A stretch of 25,139 nt of DNA, taken from contig CBDURU010000043.1 of the NCBI GenBank assembly GCA_965369865.1, forward strand, positions 1 through 25,139. The letters are read 5' to 3'. Made by a program: the position numbers and the translations under genes. Of this stretch, positions 1 through 8,390 are shown in pieces. This DNA comes from an uncultured bacterium. GTDB lineage: Bacteria; JAJVIF01; JAPKYR01. The notes beneath the pieces were generated by a model. The model saw only the letters and a program-made list of their open reading frames with translations, had not been told where the DNA came from and did no database searches. Within the stretch, counting starts at the first letter, position 1; the number at the start of each line of letters is the position of its first letter.

Positions 1-39
1 AGCAGGAGAACTCCGTCTCTCCTTGACTTTACTTACCAT
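1..39 (-). CDS. Possible 5' end of a divergent gene running off the window edge (MVSKVKERRSSPA...)
   Basis: Minus-strand ATG at 39-37 with GGGGAC a few nt upstream. The frame is open to position 1. Only 13 codons are visible. Confidence 0.3.
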   Translation of the reverse strand, partial: MVSKVKERRSSPA

Positions 40-214
40 GGATGTCCCCGGTTTTGATAATCATATATCCAGCACTTAAAAAAGCACCATTCGGCATATC
101 CCCGTGATTTTACAATTTCAACCGGGACTGTTGAGAGATCAGGCCCATGGTAAAAAAAATCCCCGAAATCCTTCAACCTGATATTTTCTGATAAACCCCC
201 AGTGCTAAATCGGT

Positions 215-238
215 TATAATACCAGCCTGATGAAGGGG
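215..238 (+). promoter_or_regulatory. Candidate -10 box (TATAAT 215-220) and RBS (AAGGGG 233-238) for the mlaD-tamB pair
   Basis: Perfect TATAAT about 25 nt before ATG 245. No convincing -35 at 17 bp spacing. Confidence 0.4.
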
Positions 239-244
239 TAGCAT

Positions 245-1834
245 ATGAAAGTAACCGCGGCCGCAAAGGTTGGTTTCACCGCAGTAGTGATAGTCCTGGT
301 AATGATGTCAATTTACAAGGGGCTGGGAAAGCCCATACCCTGGTTGACCGGCCCGGGATTCAAAACCTACACTATTAAAGTTAACTTCATCAGCGTTAAG
401 GGGTTAAATCCCGGGTTTGACGTACAGCTTAACGGTAACCTCGTTGGTGAAGTTGGAGATATCACGAACGATGGATTCGGTGGCGTCCAGGTTGCCCTTG
501 AGATCCGTAGTGCACAAATCATACATGAGCACGCGAGGTTCATAATTACCCGCGACAGCATATTTGGAGGGTTCCTGGTATCGATCCAGGAAGCCCGATC
601 CGGCCACATCGTTGGACAAATGCAGGGCAATCAGGCGATGATCAGGATTGTAGCCGGTACTGCCGGTCCAGGTCAGCTTATAATCAGGGAAAATGAAACA
701 ATTGGGCAAATCGTGGAAATTGAATCTCACGATACAAGGTCTGATCTTATCACGGTGGAAATGTTCAACGGTTTTGTAATTGATGAAACCATGGCCTTCG
801 TACCTGAGCAGGTTACATCGGGCGAAAGTGGCCTTCGTGTTTATTATAAACTAGGCCCTGATGTGATAGTTGACGGTTCCCGTGAACCGGGACCGGAGGA
901 TCTGATTGCGGATGCGGACATCGCACTTGTGGAGATAACCGGACAGGCCACTGAGTTAATGGAAAAGCTTTCTGATCTTCTTGAAAATGTCCAGGACCTT
1001 CTCGGTCCTGAAGACATTCGCAATCTCATTAATGATTTATCAGCAGAGGCGAAATTGATTTCGTCGAATATAATCACTCTCACAAATCGACTGAATGTCA
1101 TGCTGGCCGACGCACAGCCGCAGATTGAGAGCACTTTCGAAAATATTGAAGGCCTCACCGCGGAAGCCCATGTTCTGATGGAGGGCATTGCCGAATATAA
1201 CGATCCGGAATTCCGGGGTTCAATTGAAGGGATAATCTCAAACCTGGAAACTGCGTCCGGCCAACTTGTTGAAATTCTCGACGATATCGAGCAGTTTACG
1301 TCGGATGATGAGCTTCGTGAAAATATAATTGCCACTGTTGCGGAAGCAAGGGAAACCTTGGATTTGGCACGCGATACGCTGGATTCGACATCCGACGCGA
1401 TCGATGATGCTGTTGAAACTATGGAGTACATAAGCAGTATCGAAACGGGCGCGGAATTCAGGATACGCCATACTCCCGGCCCGGACAGGTGGGCGGGAGA
1501 CATCAATGTCCGTGTGGGTATGGAAGGTGAGGATGCGTTTATTATTGGCGGAATTGATGATCTCGGTGAAACCGATCGTTCCAACGCTCGAATCGGTTTC
1601 TGGCTCAACGATGAGTCATCCGCAATGGCGGGTATCTATCGCGGAAAAATCGGGCTGGGCCTCGACTGGCGTGAGGAAGCTTACAGGTTTGTCATTGAAC
1701 TTTATGATCCTAATGATCTCAAGTGGGATATTTACGCCGGATACGCGATCCTGCCTGAGCTGGACTTGATGATAGGTATTGAGGATATAATCGACGACGA
1801 TGAGGTGAACCTGGCGCTGTCATATAGATTCTGA
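245..1834 (+). CDS. mlaD: MCE/MlaD family protein, elongated form (TM anchor, MCE domain, long helical stalk, C-terminal beta-strand domain)
   Basis: N-terminal TM helix. MCE signature F-x-SVKGLNPGFDVQLNGNLVGEV and ARFIITRDSIFGG. Long acidic heptad-like helical region. Alternating beta-strand C-terminus ending LALSYRF. Confidence 0.85.
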   Translation: MKVTAAAKVGFTAVVIVLVMMSIYKGLGKPIPWLTGPGFKTYTIKVNFISVKGLNPGFDVQLNGNLVGEVGDITNDGFGGVQVALEIRSAQIIHEHARFIITRDSIFGGFLVSIQEARSGHIVGQMQGNQAMIRIVAGTAGPGQLIIRENETIGQIVEIESHDTRSDLITVEMFNGFVIDETMAFVPEQVTSGESGLRVYYKLGPDVIVDGSREPGPEDLIADADIALVEITGQATELMEKLSDLLENVQDLLGPEDIRNLINDLSAEAKLISSNIITLTNRLNVMLADAQPQIESTFENIEGLTAEAHVLMEGIAEYNDPEFRGSIEGIISNLETASGQLVEILDDIEQFTSDDELRENIIATVAEARETLDLARDTLDSTSDAIDDAVETMEYISSIETGAEFRIRHTPGPDRWAGDINVRVGMEGEDAFIIGGIDDLGETDRSNARIGFWLNDESSAMAGIYRGKIGLGLDWREEAYRFVIELYDPNDLKWDIYAGYAILPELDLMIGIEDIIDDDEVNLALSYRF

Positions 1835-1866
1835 TACTGAGGGCGTACGGGAAAGTAAATTTTGAG

Positions 1867-4800
1867 ATGCCGTACAGGAAACATGGTAAAGAAGAATCCC
1901 CCGAAAATGCCGAATCCAAAAGTCGGGGCGGTTTCCGTTTACGCAGGGTAATAGGCGTACTTTTCCTTTTTTTGCTTTTCGTTCTTTCAATCGGGGTACT
2001 TCTTCACAGAAGCCTTTTACGGGCGTACGCGCCGGGAATTCTTTCGTCTCTGGCGATAGAATGCCGTGAGTATTACGACCTTGAAATTACCTGGAATGGT
2101 TATAGGATCGACCGCCTTAGCGATTTTACTATCACCGGTATTACTATCACGGACATACCGTCGGGGACACCTCTGCTCGCGACGGATGTCCTGAGAATCC
2201 AGACCAGCCTTCCAGCGATTTTAATCAGGGGTAAGAACCCGCTTAAAGCGGTTACTTCAATCAGGCTCGATAATCCCCTTGTCACGATTGGCAGGGAAGA
2301 GGATAAATGGAACGTTGGCTCACTTCTCGAACCCGGGGGTGAAGAGCAGTGGCAGTTTCCCGGACGTCTCAGCATTCTTATCGGCAACGGTACTGTTGAA
2401 TGGCTGGGCGGTGAAGTTTCGGATGGGTACCCGTTGCAGGCAGCCAGAATTACCGCGCTCGAAGGAATTTTCAGGCTTGGCGTAAACGGTGGGATGGGTC
2501 TCGACCTTGAGGGATTACTTTCAAGTAACGATCTGGAAACATCCGAACTATCGATTACGGGATCTTATGACGCCGATGAATACTTGATTCACATTAATGT
2601 CAATGCCGGCTCACTTGATCTTGGTTTGCTGGCAGAACTCGCAGATATGCGTGGAATTCACAACCTTGACGGTTTCGCTGATGATTTTCAGGCTTCGATC
2701 CTTATCGGTCCGGATGCGGGCGGCAATGGTTTAAGCATCCTCGGGCAGTGTACCCTTAGAGAAAGCCGGACCGATTTCGATCTGTATGAGCTTTCGGTTG
2801 AAGAACTTTCCGGGAATCTCTATTTCTCGCAGGAATCGGTTTTTTCCCCCGGACTTCTGGGAATTATCGATGGTGCAACGACAACGGTCAGCGGTCGATA
2901 CACTGATTTCACCGCGGTGAGGAAGACCGTCGATCTTGTTATCGAGGCAAGTGAAATTCAACCTTCGACTATCGGCAAGATCGTTGATGGTTTCGATGCC
3001 CTGCCGGTTACTGGCTTATTTAATGCAAGGGCGGAAGTTTCTACGTCGGCGGAGAAAGGTATCGAGGTGGTTGTGTCGGGAAATTCATCGGATATGTCGA
3101 TATTTATGTATCGGGCAACAATGCCGGAATTTTTTGGGTGGTATTCGGATGAAAAATTTGTTTTGAACCGTGCGACGTTCGATATTTACGGTGGGGTCGC
3201 GGTTGCTGACGGTGTAGTGGATGTGTCGGGAAGCAATCCGGCATATGAGTACAATGTTTCTCTTGAGAATATACCCGTTGAGAAGACCGCGCCGTTTTTA
3301 GAAACTGTTTTGCCATCCAACATGATGCCTGCCGGTTTATTTTCCATTGACATGGTAATTTCCAGGGAGGGGGATGACAACACTCGAATTTCAGGCGTCG
3401 TTCAATCAAGCAGTCTCCTGATTCCGGGAATTCCCGAGCTAGCGGATATCGCAGCGACAATACCCTTTGAATTTATCGGTGGAGAGGTCGGGATTCTGGG
3501 GGCAACATTGTCGGCACCTGGAATCAATGTTCTTGGGGAGGGGATCTATCGTGTTGGCGATCGGTTTGATGGCAGTGTTGCGCTGACGGTTGACGACAGG
3601 GACCTGATGGAGGGGATTTTTGGTTTACCGCTTGAGGGAGAATTCGCGGTAGCGGGGGATTTTGGGTACCGCCCCGGTGCGAATCTGAATTTTTCCGGTG
3701 AAGCGTATTTAACGGACGGCCGAATAGGAAATGTTCCGGTACCGAACCTCTGGTCGAGAGTGGCTTTCGACGGGGATGAGATCAGGATCAGTGAACTTGG
3801 CGGGCTGGTGGGCGGCGGGACAATTGATGGTGAATTAATAATTCCATTGAGCCAGGGTAACTCCGGTAGTGACGCCGGAAGCATTTCAATTACCGGGCTT
3901 AATTTCGGTTCGATGGTTCCCGACAGGTTCTCATCGGTGGTTTCAACTTCCACAGAGATCATTGGCGATATTGAGTACATTGCGGCGGGGAATAAATTGA
4001 TATTTGACCTGGCGGTAGTAGAGCAATCCGGGAGAGTCGGTTCCAATGCAATAAGTACAGGTGAGGATGGGATTTCGGTGGTGGTCGATTACCCGCTTGG
4101 AGAGGCTGGGAATGTATCTGTTCTGGTTTCGGGTACGGTTGAATCTCATCCCGCTGGCGCCCCGGTTTACCAGGGAAGGGAGCTGACAGAATTTTCCGAA
4201 CGTATCGTTCGCGGGGTTACGGACCTTCTATCCGGCAGGACGAGAGTGGAACTTCAAGGGGATTCAGTAGCGATTCCTTCAGTAACGTGCACTATTGATA
4301 TTAACGCGAATCTTGTCGATATTTTTGAAGATACCAGGGGTTCCATTGACTTTATTGCCAAGGACATAACAACAGGATCGTTTGAGCTTGGATCAGTCGA
4401 TTTTTCATTGGAGAGTGAAAATGGCGCCGATTGGAGTGTCGATATTCTGGCGGATGCGAATGAAGCGGGAATTTTTCAAGTTTCAGGTTCGGTGCACAGA
4501 GGGACAAACCTTTCTGAAAGTGCGATTGATTTAACTACTGCGGTCAGCCGTTCAGAACTTGCAAGCCTGTTCGAAGCGCTTGGCCTGCCAGGGTACGAAA
4601 GGTCATCGGGAACAATTAGTGGATCCGGGACTATTGGCGGAACGATCGGGATTCCGGTTATCGAGGAATTTATATTGAATATCGGAGAATCCGAGGCTTT
4701 TGGTATTGAACTCGAACAGGGAAGCGCCACTTTCAGTTTAACTCCCCCCACCCTTAACCTGGACAGCTTGAATCTCGAGGGTTCGGCGGGGTTCCGGGCG

Positions 4801-6597
4801 TTGGGAGCCGGGACAATCGATCTCGATTCACCGTCGCTTACAACGGCTTCAATGGTCCTCCGTATCGATGAGTTCGATCTGCAGGTAATTTCAAGGGCGC
4901 TGGAAAGGGATTTCCCGGTTGCTGGAAAATTGTCGGCTATTATTCAGCTCGCACAGGACGCACTGGGTCTGAAAATGCTGTATGACGCGAACATCGATGA
5001 TCTGGCTGTCCTGGTTAGCGGAGGATTTCTACCGCTGGGAAACCTGAGTTTCAAAGCGGAAAGCCGTCCCGGCACAAATCAGTTGGAGATCATGAAACTC
5101 GATCTGACCCGCGACGATGAATTAATTTCCATCGCGGGTATGGCGCCTGCAAATATTGACCTTTCAGATACAAACCTGTTCGATCTGACCATTGATTCTG
5201 AAACAGGATACTCTTTTCCTGTGCCGGAAAGTTTTTCCGAATCCGGCCTCGATTGGTCCGGGGGACTGGGTCCAACTCATTTAACATTGAAGGGGAGTTT
5301 CCTGAATTCGGATCTATCGGGAGAAATCGGCCTGGATATTCGGGATATCAGCTATTTCGGAGAGGTTGGCGCGGAGGCTTTGAGCGGGAAGCTCGAAGTT
5401 GAAAATTCTGTCATCACGGCATTCCCCGACCAAATTGGGATTACAGGGACTAACTGGGTGCTTGGACTCGATGGCATGTTTGACCTCGATGTTTTGAAGC
5501 TTTATATCCCGCTGTATATCGCCCATTTGAAATATCCCTCAATTCCTCTGGATGGCGACTATTCGATCGGACGAATATCGTTTGTACAGTTGACCTCTTA
5601 CCCGATCCGGTTCAGTGGTCCGGGTTTTGAATTCATGCTCGTGCCGGGGACGGGGGATGATACTGTCCGGCTTGAGTTGAATGGTGAGGCTGAAGGTTTT
5701 ACACAGACTGTCACAGGACTGGTTTCAATCGCAGGGGGGCAGGTGGATATAGCCGCGCTGCCTGTTTTTCCAACTATCGATCCATATGCCGATATTCCGC
5801 TAAGTACGCTTTCATTCAACCTGCGCACCGAAATTACAAGCAGCCTGAGAGTGCAGAACGGATCTTCAATGAACGTTATTTTCGAACAGGGAGCCCTTGA
5901 TCTCGTGGGGACCCTGAGCCGTCCCGCATTGACCGGAAAAATTATCGCTCCGGATGGATGGCTGGATATTCTCGGAAACCATTTCGTTCTGATTGATCCC
6001 CTCGAGTTTACTTTTACATCGCTTTATTCGATCACTGATCCCCGTATCAAGGCAACTGCACAGGCAACTCTGAGAGAGGTGCGCAGTCCCGGCTTGTTTG
6101 GTGAGCAACTGGTGATTACGGCGAGAATCGACAGCCGTATGAAAAGCATTCTCGAAGGGCTTCACCTTACAAGCGAACCGCCGATGAGCGAGGAATCAAT
6201 TATTGCCGCGCTCGCGTACGAGGATGTCGTTTTCCGGACGGTCAGCAGTACACTTTTCGGCACCGGCACGATAAGTCCCGGTTTCGATGATGTCGATCTG
6301 ACAGGGATGGGACTTTCAGTCGCGACGTCATACCTTTCGAGGCATATCCGTCGCAGCGCCGGCTTCACGGATTTTGCATTCAGTCTCGATGAACGGCAGA
6401 ATGTGTTGATTTACCTTGAGAAGGAAGTTTTCAAAAACGTGGTTATGTATTACCAGCAGAGATTCGGTCCGGATGAGGATGATGAATACCTGTTTGGAGC
6501 CAGGTATCGATGGCGCCCGCGAAGCTGGGTCGGGTTCGAATACGACAGCGAAGAGGAAATCACGCCGCGCGTGGAATACATCATTCCGTTAAATTAA
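1867..6597 (+). CDS. tamB: TamB / AsmA-like (DUF490-type) envelope protein, 1576 aa
   Basis: Single N-terminal TM helix after a basic stretch. About 1500 aa of Gly-rich beta-strand repeats. C-terminal DUF490-like segments (GALDLVGTLSRPALTGKI; LTSEPPMSEESIIAAL). Lies 32 bp after the MCE gene. Confidence 0.8.
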   Translation: MPYRKHGKEESPENAESKSRGGFRLRRVIGVLFLFLLFVLSIGVLLHRSLLRAYAPGILSSLAIECREYYDLEITWNGYRIDRLSDFTITGITITDIPSGTPLLATDVLRIQTSLPAILIRGKNPLKAVTSIRLDNPLVTIGREEDKWNVGSLLEPGGEEQWQFPGRLSILIGNGTVEWLGGEVSDGYPLQAARITALEGIFRLGVNGGMGLDLEGLLSSNDLETSELSITGSYDADEYLIHINVNAGSLDLGLLAELADMRGIHNLDGFADDFQASILIGPDAGGNGLSILGQCTLRESRTDFDLYELSVEELSGNLYFSQESVFSPGLLGIIDGATTTVSGRYTDFTAVRKTVDLVIEASEIQPSTIGKIVDGFDALPVTGLFNARAEVSTSAEKGIEVVVSGNSSDMSIFMYRATMPEFFGWYSDEKFVLNRATFDIYGGVAVADGVVDVSGSNPAYEYNVSLENIPVEKTAPFLETVLPSNMMPAGLFSIDMVISREGDDNTRISGVVQSSSLLIPGIPELADIAATIPFEFIGGEVGILGATLSAPGINVLGEGIYRVGDRFDGSVALTVDDRDLMEGIFGLPLEGEFAVAGDFGYRPGANLNFSGEAYLTDGRIGNVPVPNLWSRVAFDGDEIRISELGGLVGGGTIDGELIIPLSQGNSGSDAGSISITGLNFGSMVPDRFSSVVSTSTEIIGDIEYIAAGNKLIFDLAVVEQSGRVGSNAISTGEDGISVVVDYPLGEAGNVSVLVSGTVESHPAGAPVYQGRELTEFSERIVRGVTDLLSGRTRVELQGDSVAIPSVTCTIDINANLVDIFEDTRGSIDFIAKDITTGSFELGSVDFSLESENGADWSVDILADANEAGIFQVSGSVHRGTNLSESAIDLTTAVSRSELASLFEALGLPGYERSSGTISGSGTIGGTIGIPVIEEFILNIGESEAFGIELEQGSATFSLTPPTLNLDSLNLEGSAGFRALGAGTIDLDSPSLTTASMVLRIDEFDLQVISRALERDFPVAGKLSAIIQLAQDALGLKMLYDANIDDLAVLVSGGFLPLGNLSFKAESRPGTNQLEIMKLDLTRDDELISIAGMAPANIDLSDTNLFDLTIDSETGYSFPVPESFSESGLDWSGGLGPTHLTLKGSFLNSDLSGEIGLDIRDISYFGEVGAEALSGKLEVENSVITAFPDQIGITGTNWVLGLDGMFDLDVLKLYIPLYIAHLKYPSIPLDGDYSIGRISFVQLTSYPIRFSGPGFEFMLVPGTGDDTVRLELNGEAEGFTQTVTGLVSIAGGQVDIAALPVFPTIDPYADIPLSTLSFNLRTEITSSLRVQNGSSMNVIFEQGALDLVGTLSRPALTGKIIAPDGWLDILGNHFVLIDPLEFTFTSLYSITDPRIKATAQATLREVRSPGLFGEQLVITARIDSRMKSILEGLHLTSEPPMSEESIIAALAYEDVVFRTVSSTLFGTGTISPGFDDVDLTGMGLSVATSYLSRHIRRSAGFTDFAFSLDERQNVLIYLEKEVFKNVVMYYQQRFGPDEDDEYLFGARYRWRPRSWVGFEYDSEEEITPRVEYIIPLN

Positions 6598-6615
6598 CCG
6601 GGTAGAAAAATCCTC

Positions 6616-7926
6616 CTACTTCCCGCAGTATTTGCAGAAGTCATCATCCGCCTCATTCGTTTCAAGTGTTGTGATAAAACCAGCGTAATGATCGCGTGTG
6701 AGATATTTCCACGCCCATTGCGTCAATATCAGAAGCTTGTTGCCGTACTGGATGATCCCACGTAGATGTATAAAGAGCCACAGGAACCATGCGAACCAGC
6801 CGCTGAATCTCAAACCATCGATCATCGCGACAGCGGAATTCCGTCCGAGAATTGACATGGTGCCGTAATCCCTGTAACGGAATCCCAGCTTGCTTTCCCC
6901 TTTCAATCTTCCCTCGATAAGTTTCGCGACATACCGTCCCTCCTGCATCGCCACCGGCGCCAGGCCAGGTAGCGGATTTCCATCGGGATCGCTGAAATGG
7001 GCAAGGTCCCCAATTACAAAAACATCGCGCCAACCCTGGATACTGCAGTCCTCTAGAACGATTACACGTCCCGATCGGTCGAGTTCCATCCCGGTTGCGT
7101 CCGCAAGTGCTTTCCCAATCGGCGAGGCTTTAATCCCGGCGGTCCAGAGTACGGTTCGCGATGCTATTCGTTCAGTTCGATCTTCAATTTTGTAAGTCAC
7201 ACTGTCGGGAGTGATCTCTTCCACCATTGCGCCATTGATTACCGTAACCCCAAGGCGTTCGAGTGATTTTTTCGCGCTGGCGGACAGTTCTTCGGGGAAT
7301 TGGGGAAGTATCCGGTCCAGTCCTTCGATCAGCGTAATACTTGAGTAACCCGGATCGATGGTCCGGAAATCGTTTTTTAGTGTGTCATTGGCGATTTCAG
7401 CGAGGGCGCCCGCAAGTTCCACTCCGGTTGATCCGGCTCCGACAACGACAAATGAAAGCCATTCTTTTTTCATTTCCGGATCGGATTCTTTTTCCGCGCA
7501 CTCATAGGCTCTCATCATCCTGTTGCGGATTTCGAACGCGTCCTCGAGAGTTTTTAAACCGGGCGCGAGTGGCCGCCATTTGTCATGTCCAAAATAATGA
7601 TTGGCGCTTCCTGCCGCGACAATAAGTGAATCGAACCGGAGATCTCCGTCGCAGGTAATTACACGCTTGTTCTCGATATCGAAACCGGTGACATCCGCGA
7701 GAAGAATTTTTACATTTTTCTGCCGTCTCAGTATCACGCGCAGGGGTGACGCGATGTTGGCGGGGGACAGGTCGCCGGTCGCCACCTGGTACAAGAGCGG
7801 CTGGAATAGGTGGAAGTTGCGCCGGTCGATGAGGGTGATCCTGACCGGTGCGTTTTTAAGGGACTGGGCGGTGTATAGCCCGCCGAATCCCCCTCCGATA
7901 ATGACAACGTGATGGCTGTGTTCCAT
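6616..7926 (-). CDS. ndh: Type II NADH:quinone oxidoreductase (NDH-2), FAD-dependent
   Basis: FAD motif VVIIGGGFGG and HLFQPLLYQVATG. Second Rossmann motif VVVGAGSTGVELAG with acidic LIEG. VFVIGD, APVAMQEG (AxxAxQ) and C-terminal amphipathic WFLWLFIHL. Confidence 0.93.
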   Translation of the reverse strand: MEHSHHVVIIGGGFGGLYTAQSLKNAPVRITLIDRRNFHLFQPLLYQVATGDLSPANIASPLRVILRRQKNVKILLADVTGFDIENKRVITCDGDLRFDSLIVAAGSANHYFGHDKWRPLAPGLKTLEDAFEIRNRMMRAYECAEKESDPEMKKEWLSFVVVGAGSTGVELAGALAEIANDTLKNDFRTIDPGYSSITLIEGLDRILPQFPEELSASAKKSLERLGVTVINGAMVEEITPDSVTYKIEDRTERIASRTVLWTAGIKASPIGKALADATGMELDRSGRVIVLEDCSIQGWRDVFVIGDLAHFSDPDGNPLPGLAPVAMQEGRYVAKLIEGRLKGESKLGFRYRDYGTMSILGRNSAVAMIDGLRFSGWFAWFLWLFIHLRGIIQYGNKLLILTQWAWKYLTRDHYAGFITTLETNEADDDFCKYCGK

Positions 7927-7996
7927 AGGACCCGATCCATCATGGAATTATTGATTCAATAACATACATAATCAAGGGGGAGATTGCCAAGCAGGC

Positions 7997-8062
7997 AGCC
8001 CGGTAGTCCCACATCTATCTGATGTGAGTAGCCCGGTAGTCCCACATCTATCTGATGTGGGT
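7997..8062 (+). repeat. Tandem pair of 33-bp GTAG-hairpin REP-like units
   Basis: AGCCCGGTAGTCCCACATCTATCTGATGTG(A/G)GT at 7997-8029 and 8030-8062, one mismatch. Each unit is GTAG followed by the stem CCCACATC/GATGTG(A/G)G. Confidence 0.85.
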
Positions 8063-8198
8063 TGCTGTATCAATCAGTACCGCGACCGTCAGTGAGCGGT
8101 CTGCCAGCCTCCGTTATGACCGGTGGCCCCTCAAAACGAGCGATACATTGATCTTGACTAATTCACAGCCTTCGTGAGCGAGTTTGGAGGGTTCCCTT
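8033..8198 (+). repeat. Composite REP-like element, copy A
   Basis: 8033-8114 matches 11047-11128 at 71/82 nt (manual count). It continues with the shared blocks GACCGGTGGCCCCTCA(A/C)AACGAG and CGAGTT(T/G)GGAGGGTT(T)CCCTT. Confidence 0.85.
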
Positions 8199-8390
8199 GT
8201 CTCAGTAGCCCGGTGAACCCGTATGAAAATGCCCAAATACTTTAATTCCGGCGGACGGGTTCCCGGGGAATAATTAGACCATTTGCTACTTCCTATTTTC
8301 CCAAAACAAGGTATAATTATTACCATCAAAGCATGGTAATTCAGAAATTTAGTTTTCTTTGCTGACAGTAATTTCAGGGAGGCAAAAATA

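Noticed and set aside
7997..8062. CRISPR array
   Set aside because: Only two adjacent 33-bp units with no spacer, and no cas genes. The GTAG-hairpin layout fits REP-like repeats.
8283..8317. Promoter for the lipoprotein gene (TTGCTA ... TATAAT)
   Set aside because: Spacing is 23 bp, so only the -10 box is credible. Not listed as a feature.
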